From: Vicugna vicugna
Taxonomy: Eukaryota
Direction: 5' to 3'
Assembly: GCA_013265495.1 (NCBI GenBank)
Contig: MU059781.1
Coordinates: 1,773,667 to 1,837,666, forward strand
DNA: 64,000 bases
The notes beneath the pieces were generated by a model that ran no database searches, was not told the DNA's origin, and saw only the letters and a list, made by a program, of their open reading frames with translations. Every line of letters begins with the position of its first letter. Position 1 is the first letter of the stretch. Below, in pieces: positions 56,701 to 64,000 of this stretch. The position numbers were made by a program, and so were the translations under genes.

Positions 56701-59700
56701 TTGAAGCAGTTAGCACTGTGCTTAACATGTTGGTAGCTATTATTAGTAAACTTTAAAATCAATTCTGCACATAGAGATAGATCCTTTTCCAGAATCTGAT
56801 CAGAGTAGGGCCTACAGAGATGGAGAAGCCTGTCCACGGTTTATAAAATTGAGAAAAGTAAGCCTCCTTGAAGTCTAGAATCAGGGTCCAGAGTGCCATG
56901 ATCCCAGCCCTAAATCCAGTTCCCTTACTGGTTTTACAGTCAGGGAGGCAAAAGCGTTTAAAATCAGGTCTTAATTTTCAATAAATAGGATCCAGGCCGC
57001 TCCTTCATTTACATTGCCGTGGACCCCCTGTCCAAGATTTTCTGTGCTAGAAGAAAGACCTAGAAGTCCAGGGCCTGAGTTTTCCAAACATGGGCCTAAT
57101 GGATAGAGCCAGTTAAAGAAAACTCTTTAATAACCTTAAAACACATAAAAAATAGTTCAAAATATAAAAATTTAAGAGACATAAAAGAAGCACAAAAGGC
57201 AAATGAAAAACAGAAAGTGATTAAAATAGAATATGATTTTTAAAAGTAAAAAACAGTTTGAGTTGAGCTTTTAATGAAAAAGAGTACAAAATGTTAAAAA
57301 GGCAAGAAAAATGTAATGCAAGAACTCAGAATGAAATGAAACAGTGCAAGTTAGAGCAAAATACTGAAATAGGACAGAACTACAAAGTTCTAAAAGTCTT
57401 AAAGACAAGGTAAAAATATATCCTCTCAAAAGATAAAGAATAAATCCGTCTATGGACTTCGGTTGGAAATAATGTGCCCATGTATGTTCATCGATTGTAC
57501 CAAATATGCCACACCGATGAGGAATGTCGAGGGTAGGGGAGTATATCTGTGTGGGTGGGGAGGGCTATGTGCAAACTCTGTATTTTCTTCTCAATTCTGT
57601 TGTGAACCTGAAACTGCTCTGAAAGAATTAAGTCTATTAAAAAAAAAAAGAATAAATCCATCTTGAAGTGGGCGAGCAGCAGCATCTGGTTAAAGACTCA
57701 GTTAAGGGCCCTTGAAGCTGGAACAGTTTCCCAGCTCAGGGTCCTCCGTGGAGGCCACTGAGAGCGGGCTTGGTACCTGTTAATGTTGACAGCCTTCCTT
57801 GCAGTTTTCCATCATCCCTCCCAGTAGCTCCAGGTCGTAGGTATTGTTATCCTCATCCTGCAGAGGAGCAAACTGTCCGGATAAGTGCTCCACTAGCAGA
57901 TGGTGGAGCTGGAGGCTGAAGCTCAGGATGATGCCAAGACCCATGCGTATTCTCCATCCTTTTCTGCTTTCCAGGAAACATCGCCATCATCAACAACAGA
58001 GACAATAGCAAAATCCCTGCCCGGTAATCCTTCCCCCCTTACCTTGTTAAGATTCTCTATCAAATTAGGAGCGACTGCTGTCCTGCCCCAACAGCCCAGC
58101 GCTAGTCAACATGCAGTGGGTTCTCTGTGTATCCTGATAACCCACTGGAGTGTGACATTTTTTTATGCCTTCTTCCACTCACCCTTTTTTTTTTTGGTAC
58201 AGAGTTGATCCCAGTTATCCAAACATTTACCTCCATTCAGTCTCCTAAATATGCCCTTGATGTGGCCGCTTTTCTCCATCTTCACTGCCACTGCCAAGTT
58301 CATGCCACCATCTTGTCATTCCTTGTATTCCAGTTTCCTGTAGCTGCGGTGACAAGTTACCATGTAGCTGGGTGGCTTAAAACAACAGAAATTTATTCTC
58401 TCCCAGTTCTAGAGGCCAGAGGTCTGAAACGAGTATCACCAGCNNNNNNNNNNNNNNNNNNNNNNNNNNNNNNNNNNNNNNNNNNNNNNNNNNNNNNNNN
58501 NNNNNNNNNNNNNNNNNNNNNNNNNNNNNNNNNNNNNNNNNNNNNNNNNNNNNNNNNNNNNNNNNNNNNNNNNNNNNNGGGTCTCCTCTGTGTATGTCAG
58601 GTCTCTGCCTCTCTCTTGGGAGGATACAAGTGTTTGTATTTAGGGCCTGCCTGGGAAATCCAGGGTAAACCCTCCACCTCCAGATTCTCTACTTAATCAC
58701 ATTTGCAAAGACCCCTTTTTACCATATAAGGTAACATTCATGGGTTCCAGGGGTTAGGACGCAGCTGTGTTTTGGAGGGCTTTTTTTCAGTCTACCCAGT
58801 GTTGGGACAGCATACCTTCTCGGAGGAAGTGAAGGCCAATGTCTAAATGAGAGCAGAATGATGAACTAGAGTGAGCCCAACAAAAAGAGACAAGGAGGCA
58901 GAGGAACACACAAGGGCCTGGCAGAGGGAGGGAGCAGCCCGTGTAGAACATAGTGTGGAAGGGAAAAGAAGGGAAGAGAAGGGTGGAGAGGTCATCGTGG
59001 GATGTGTCCCCTGCACCTGGCATGGTGCCCAACATACAGCAGGTGCTTAATAAATGTATATTGATGAGAATACTTGTAGGAGGGAGCTTCTGCAAAATGC
59101 TACAAGCAAGACCACTAATCCACGCAGAAGAGGTTTTGCTGGAGACGAGTGTGTATGTGAATGCCAAAAGTTCCCACAGATCTTTATTTTTAAGCAGAAA
59201 TCAAGAATTATGTAATTATGAGATCAAAGAAAATATTCTCATGCTTATTCTTTTGTTTTCTTTCAGGCCATTCCTGTATTTCTGACTTTGCATAATGTAG
59301 CTGAAGTTATCATCTGTGGGCACCAGAAATGTTTTCGGAAAGAGGTAAATGACAATGCAAAAGGCAAGTTTCACTTCCCTGGCTTGAAATTTCAAAGACA
59401 TGCTTTTTATTTATGGCCCAGATTAGCGTCTACCTTTTCCTGCCATCTGTTTCCAGTCAAGACTGCCTGACGGTGGTCACTAATTTCAAGGATCACAGTT
59501 TTGACATCCCTTCAGTTCTCCAGACATACATGGGGCTCCTTGTTCGTCTGAACGGAGCTCAGCTTCAGGCCAGTGCTGAGCCAGGGCCTGGGGGTCCGAG
59601 GTGGAGTTGACTGTGGGCCTGGGGTTGGGGGGCATTCCCCTCACCGCATCCCAGCACCTTGAGGAAATCTACAGCGAGCTTCCCACAGGGTGTTGCGAGC

Positions 59701-62364
59701 TTCAGCCCAACCCCGGGAAATCTTCTGTTCTTCCCAGCCCCAGCTCTGCCTTACACCAGCTGGAACAGATCCCCTCACCTTCTGTGCTCCGTGTGTGAAA
59801 GGGGAGGGTGACGTCACCCACTCAAGGAGTAGCTGGGAAGACACCATTGCAGCGCAGGTGCCGATAAATGCTCCCAACACTTGCTGACTCATAGTAGGTG
59901 CTTTGTCCTCATTAGCTATGGTTACTAATGATATTGGTGGTGGTTTTTATTTGGTACCTCTTTTGGCAGTTCCTTTTTTCTTACATCTGCCTATTGCAGA
60001 TGGATTCACATCAAAATGGCCGGGGGGAGGTGACCACTGGCAAGTCTGCTTGCAAGGGCCAGGGGCTAGATTTGAACCCAGTCACACTAACGGGCAGGAA
60101 TTTTCTGGGTGGTCAGGGAGAAAGGGCACTCAGGCAGAGAGGAAGCCGCAGATGAAGGCTTGTGGCAGGGGCCGGTGGGTGTCCCTGCGGGACTGGCAGG
60201 CAGGCTGTGCAGAGTAGTGTTGGGAAAGGTCAAGCTCTGGAGCTAGCTCGCTGGGCCTAGCCCCTGTGCCCTTGGGCAGCTGACCTAATTTCTCTGTGCC
60301 TCAGCGTCCTCATCTGTAGCTTGTATGCCAAGACTGTTCACTAACCCGTAGCAAAATGAGGCCATACGTGTAGCGTGCTTAGACAGCGAGCAGCCCTCGG
60401 AGTGAGTCAGCTGAGCCAGAGTGACGGGAACTACTCACCATGACTTTTGGCAGGATGACTTTGGAGGAGTTATACTGACCTATTCGGAGCTGAGATGTTG
60501 TTGGGACTTATCAAGGAGTGATTTGAGGACCAAGGGGTCTGAGATGAATCCCTGACATGAATTCCTGGCTTGTTTCTGGAGCCCTGGTTGCAGGGGAGTT
60601 CAGGAATGAATTTATTGCTTGTTTTCACCCTCCATATCTCAGGTTCTGGGCTCCGTTAGTCAGAGGAGGTTAAAATAAAAAGGATTTTCTCCTCTGTGGA
60701 ATGCGTGAACTCCTTCAGGCACTAAGTTGACTTCTTGCCCAGTAACTTAAGCCCCCAAGCAGCTGCTGGTGAACATGTTACTCGTGGAAGAGTTGGAGCA
60801 CCCTTTTCCATCCTCTCCGTTTCTACTTTTTCTCCGCATCCTGGAGATGTTGGCTATATTTAGCTCAGAATCTTTCAGAAACTCATTTTCCCAGGATGGG
60901 AGCAATTATCCAGGTGTGAGTCAGGTCACCTCTGGGTATCATCCTTTCTGTACTGAAGGGACGTGTGTCCCCACCAGGGGGCAGTGGAGTCAGTGTTGGC
61001 TTTGCCTCTGGACTCTGCTGAGACAGGTTCCACAAAGATGAGAGATGACATATAAAAGATAAAAAGGATCTGAAGTCGAGAGCCACTGTTTTGTACACAC
61101 ACATCATGCCTTTTATTACAAAGCAAACTGGATTATTTAGTCACACATGAAAACTGAGGGTAGCCTTCATAGCAAACCACATGCTCCTCTTGCCAGTGCT
61201 TCACTTAAAAAAAAAATTGGGATATAATTGACATGTAACGTTATAGTAGTCTCAGGTGTACAACACAATGATTCATTGTTTATATACATTGTGAAATGAT
61301 CACCACAATAAGCCTAGTTAACATCCATCACCACACATGGTTACATTTTTTTCCCCCTTGTGATAACTTTTAAGATCGACTCTCTTAGCAACTTTAAAAT
61401 ATACAACTCAGTGTTATTAACGATAGTCACCATGCTTGTACGTTATGACCTCAGGACTTGCTTATTTTATAACTGGAAGTTTAGACTTTTTGAGTGCTTC
61501 ATTTTTAAACAGTATGTTCATACTTCACACTTTATCTGAACTGGAGTTAAAAAAAATCATAGTTTGTCCTCAACTAGTAAAATAATCCTTCTGAAATGTG
61601 CAGAATTTATCTGTTATCTTTCCTGACCATTTCTCCTATCAGATCTAGAAAAATCTGTGCTTCTCCCTGCTCGAGATTTCTTCCCAAGTGTCAAGGACTG
61701 AATCTCTTAAACTGACTAATAAAAAGGAGGTAATAAAGGTGGAGTCTGCAGTAGAATTTCTTCATTTCAGATCGCTTTACATGCCACGTTTTGATTTTCC
61801 CAATCTGCCCTTTTTCCCTTCCCTCTAGGGGTGGAGTCCAATGTCCCTTCTCCTTTTTTCTGTTTCCTAATTTACACATCATACCAGAGAATTTATAGCA
61901 CTGCTCAGAGTCAGAGCTGGGTTAATGAAAGGAAAATTTAAAGAGACAGGCTGGACTAGAAGTTGAACAAGAGCTGAATTTCTCTTCCTATGCAGGGTAT
62001 GTCGATTTCTCTGTCTCCCTCCTTTTCATGGTGTATAAGATGCTGGAAGGCTTGGGCCCGGAGTCATTTTGCTTTCTTCATAAACATAATTCTAATGGTG
62101 AGAGTGGTAAAACTGCACATCCAGAGTGCTTGGCCGAAGTGACTCAACCCTGGACCTCTGAGTCATCCTTCATTTGATCCAAGCAGAAAAAGACCTCAAT
62201 AAATACTGAAGTGCTGTAAGCTTTAAGCCCCCAATAAACTTGCTCGTAATTTATGTGCCTCTTGATCTAAACATTTTCTTTTAAGGGGAACAAAAAAGAG
62301 TTTTTAAAGACTAATTGTATGTCTCTATTTCCATACAGAAAACATCTCCTGCAAAGATCTGTAG
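34121..62364 (+). CDS. TMEM241: TMEM241/SLC35D4 Golgi nucleotide-sugar (UDP-GlcNAc) transporter, coding exons 1-6, 3'-partial
   Basis: Spliced translation MYMRRCLVGLTFCICYLASYLTNK-YVLSVLKFTYPTLFQG-WQTLIGGLLLHVSWKLGWAEINCSSR-SAVSTWLPASVLFVGVIYAGSRALSRL-AIPVFLTLHNVAEVIICGHQKCFRKE-KTSPAKIC matches the TMEM241 N-terminal half as I recall it. All junctions are GT-AG and in phase. Confidence 0.97.
35906..35952 (+). CDS. TMEM241: TMEM241 exon 2 (47 nt)
   Basis: tttttcag|TAT ... GG|gtgagt. Confidence 0.95.
35960..38480. mobile_element. Degenerate L1ME-type fragments in both orientations in TMEM241 intron 2
   Basis: L1-like text (gacaaggttgaattcagg; ggcaaattggtaaaat...ccagcaattcc; ggaatactattcaaac). 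Confidence 0.6.
39655..39865 (-). mobile_element. MER20 hAT-Charlie DNA transposon
   Basis: cagggttttctcagcctcggcactagtgacatttt...tgtgacaaccaaaaatgtctccag...tgtcccctggggg. Confidence 0.88.
40080..41060 (+). mobile_element. L2 fragments
   Basis: ggagtgactttatcctgtagg-like and gggtttcttgtttggctgattagg text typical of L2. Confidence 0.55.
41255..41332 (+). CDS. TMEM241: TMEM241 exon 3 (78 nt)
   Basis: ttctcag|G ... AG|gtagga. Confidence 0.95.
42099..42286 (+). mobile_element. Cetartiodactyl/camelid L1 3' end, sense to TMEM241, AATAAA at 42259-42264
   Basis: ctgtatagcacagggaac...tgtgctgtacaccagaaattgacacaac...aataaaaa + A tail. Confidence 0.85.
43236..43655 (-). mobile_element. L1MB 3' end
   Basis: cataaatttaccatttta...gttcagtggtgttaagtacattcacaatattgtgcaacc. 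Confidence 0.82.
45784..46200 (-). mobile_element. L1MA-type 3' end
   Basis: Poly-T, cagctttattgaagtat...agttaattaacacatccatc...agattccacatataagtga. Confidence 0.85.
46744..46953 (+). mobile_element. MER58A hAT DNA transposon with 8-bp TSD (CTCTGAAT/CTCTGAGT)
   Basis: cagggtttgcaaac...caactactcaactctgc...aaacagccatagac...ctaactcctg; TSD at 46736-46743 and 46954-46961. Confidence 0.88.
47729..47758. repeat. (AC)15 microsatellite
   Basis: Perfect run. Confidence 0.97.
48694..49224 (-). mobile_element. ERV1-class (MER41-like) solo LTR, 531 bp, TG...CA, 4-bp TSD AGGT, inserted into an L2 remnant
   Basis: TSD at 48690-48693 and 49225-49228; MER41-like text (gatatctcaagttaaggaatttagcacttttctatgtttgggaagg...gggctcattgaaatcattcctttgatat). 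Confidence 0.85.
50560..50641 (+). CDS. TMEM241: TMEM241 exon 4 (82 nt)
   Basis: tttccag|A ... CTG|gtaagt; visible in ORF 50327..50653. Confidence 0.95.
52165..52700 (-). mobile_element. Old MaLR (MLT1K/L-like) LTR fragment
   Basis: gtttgcaagtgttagaaagc...ctgcttcaggcatggcttgatccagagg...tctgattggctggcc. Confidence 0.55.
52915..53072 (-). mobile_element. vic-1-type SINE, apparently nested in an old hAT-like element (52770-53180)
   Basis: gggggaaaggtcattaggtct...tttaatggaagtactggggattgaacctaggacctcatgcgtgctaagcacgtgctctaccactgagctgtaccctcc. Confidence 0.88.
57452..57646 (+). mobile_element. Short L1MA/MB 3' end with 17-bp TSD AAAGAATAAATCC(G/A)TCT
   Basis: TSD at 57435-57451 and 57647-57663 (one mismatch); tgtgaacctgaaactgctct...A11 tail. 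Confidence 0.85.
58324..58798 (-). mobile_element. MLT1C/D-type MaLR solo LTR with an internal N-block
   Basis: tgtattccagtttcctgtagctgc...ggtggcttaaaacaacagaaatttattctc...aatcacatttgcaaagacc...ttcagtctaccca. Confidence 0.85.
59267..59344 (+). CDS. TMEM241: TMEM241 exon 5 (78 nt)
   Basis: tctttcag|GCC ... GAG|gtaaat. Confidence 0.95.
61217..61495 (-). mobile_element. L1MA-type 3' end
   Basis: gatataattgacatgtaac...gtgaaatgatcaccacaataagcctagttaacatccatcacc. Confidence 0.82.
62339..62364 (+). CDS. TMEM241: TMEM241 exon 6 (26-nt microexon, KTSPAKIC)
   Basis: ccatacag|AAA ... AG|gtaagt. Confidence 0.93.
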
Positions 62365-64000
62365 GTAAGTTAAAGAAAAACAACAAAAACAAAACTCCAC
62401 AAACCTCTAAAACAGATTTAACCTGACTTTAAACTTCGATGATAAACTGTCTGTTGATGATTTGTACTTGAGAGTTTACAGAGGAATTTATTACAAACAC
62501 TCATATATCCCTATTTTATGTCTTATTCTAAAATTTACTCCTTTTTTCCCTGAAATATTTTATTCTTCAGGGGAAAACAACCCGTGCTAGATTTCATTCA
62601 TCGATGTCCAAAACTTCACTGAGTTGTGCAATACCGATGGAGAATGAAAATGGAAAACATGAAAATGACTTTACGTTTTAAAAATAATATTTGCGGTTTA
62701 TTGGGTTTTTCAGATTTCCCATGGTGGGAAAAACACTGTGAGTCCAGGTATCTGAGTCATGGTTTTGGGCCACAGCACAGTGACCGTGGGCAGGTTTCAC
62801 GCCCCTCCGTGCCTCAGTTTCCCCGGCTGAAACATGAACTGGGCCGGACCCTTGGGCAGATCCTGGTGCCCCTGTTGTGCTAACTCCGGCCTGGTTGCCT
62901 TGCTCCCTGACAGCTTCCTGTCACAGCACCGCAGTAGCTGTGACGCTCAGTCCTGTAGATAGAAAACCAACAGAGATGCTTTGATCCAAGGATTTCGGAC
63001 TTTTTGTTTCAGATGTTTCTGGGTTTTCATCCAATCTCCTTTTTTGCCTTTAGAACAGGCTGTTATTTGAAGGGGAAAAAAAAACCCCAAAACCCACCGT
63101 CAGGACTCTTCCTCTTGTTTAAAAGATTAGCTGGTGTTAAAGAAAGACATTAAAACCCATTCGTTGATGTAGCCTTCTTCCTGATAAAGGAAACGCCATA
63201 TGGTAAATATTTCAGGTGTGAACGCACATTGCATGAGGATGTCCCATTTCTTTGTAAATAGCTGTAAATATATTCATCTGAGTAAATCAATCAAAAAACC
63301 CATTCGTGCTTAATGTACTCAGGTGTTGCTCAAGGCCAAGTTTGGTGGGAAACCAGGCGCTGTCTCACACCTGGCTGTCCTCTTGTCTCTCCTGAGCCCC
63401 AAGGGGTTGTCTTTTTGAGGGGATCCAAAGAACACTCACTGCCTGTGGATGGGGAAGCATCCTGCATCCTACAAAGCAGACGCCAAAGCCATGAGGGCCC
63501 TCTCCTCCCACCTGCAACCTGCTGTTCCTGTGCAGTCCCCAGAAACCCTTCCTAACAGCCTCTCACCCCTCGTCCCCCTCCCCCCTGGCCTGTGCCTTGA
63601 CAGTCTGGTGCCAAGGAGTCTCCTGGAGGCTGTTTGTGTGTGTGCCTTGAAAGTTGGCAAGGCCAAAGGAGTAGGGTGGGCTGGAATGGAGACCTTCCTG
63701 TGCCTCAGGATGTCCCGTGTCGCCCTGCCCTTCCCAAGGCCGTGAGGCCCCAGCCTCGAGGACTCCTCTGTATGGGTCCCTCTGCTAGTCTCTCGGGTAC
63801 GTGTGATGACAACAGTGAGGACTGTCAGGGGTTGTGGGCAGAACTGATAAGCATCACTGTTGCCAGGCTGTGACTATCAGGTCGTTGTGTATTACGCATG
63901 TATATGTAAATACATAATCGAATTCAATACGTACATAGAATATATCTTGGTGTGAGATGTCATATGATAAAGTCCCATAACAGTGGAAATGCTGCATTCA

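Larger units (their letters stand above)
53730..60370. mobile_element. Scattered MIR and L2 remnants (~53730-54030, 55780-56000, 56530-56760, 57780-58320, 58800-59060, 60220-60370); similar pieces at ~15270, 26480-27140, 32300, 35200, 38720, 49250 and 62760
   Basis: MIR core-like motifs (tttatagatggagaaaccgag; tctgtgcctcagcgtcctcatctgta) and L2 3' motifs (gcacataataaacattcag; aggtgcttaataaatg). Boundaries approximate. Confidence 0.6.

Noticed and set aside
62365-64000. TMEM241 exon 7 (expected ~ALLLLAAAGCLPFNDSQ)
   Set aside because: No matching in-phase exon was found, so it presumably lies beyond the window.
1-64000. CRISPR arrays, rRNA, full-length ERV or L1, prokaryotic-style systems
   Set aside because: There are no regularly spaced repeat-spacer units, rRNA-like segments or intact gag/pol/env/ORF1/ORF2; the window is an ordinary intron-rich mammalian locus.

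Overview
Mammalian genomic DNA, very probably a camelid (alpaca/llama/camel), judged from four tRNA-derived vic-1-type SINEs and a young L1 3' family. The window holds two head-to-head genes. RIOK3 (atypical RIO kinase, minus strand, CDS 31562->11390) has 13 coding exons. Eleven are read directly with GT-AG junctions in the correct phase. Exons 4 and 8 are missing from the readable sequence, and N-blocks of matching size sit exactly where they belong; adding their expected 108 and 198 nt gives 1560 nt = 519 aa + stop. TMEM241/SLC35D4 (Golgi nucleotide-sugar transporter, plus strand) starts at ATG 34121; coding exons 1-6 are present and the gene runs off the right edge. Each gene has its own CpG-island promoter, roughly 2.2-2.5 kb apart. 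The left edge is CpG-rich and by synteny is probably the promoter flank of RMC1. The rest is intron/intergenic sequence full of L1, L2, MIR, MaLR and ERV LTRs, hAT DNA transposons and microsatellites. Nearly all ORFs in the supplied track are spurious or N-filled. I found no evidence for an undescribed gene system. The best leads are regulatory: an out-of-frame near-cognate (AUC) uORF overlapping the RIOK3 start, a palindromic Golgi-stress element (GASE) at TMEM241, a perfect PAR-bZIP palindrome between the promoters, inverted SINEs bracketing RIOK3 exons 2-8, and the exon-sized N masks. Human comparisons are from memory, not from an alignment.
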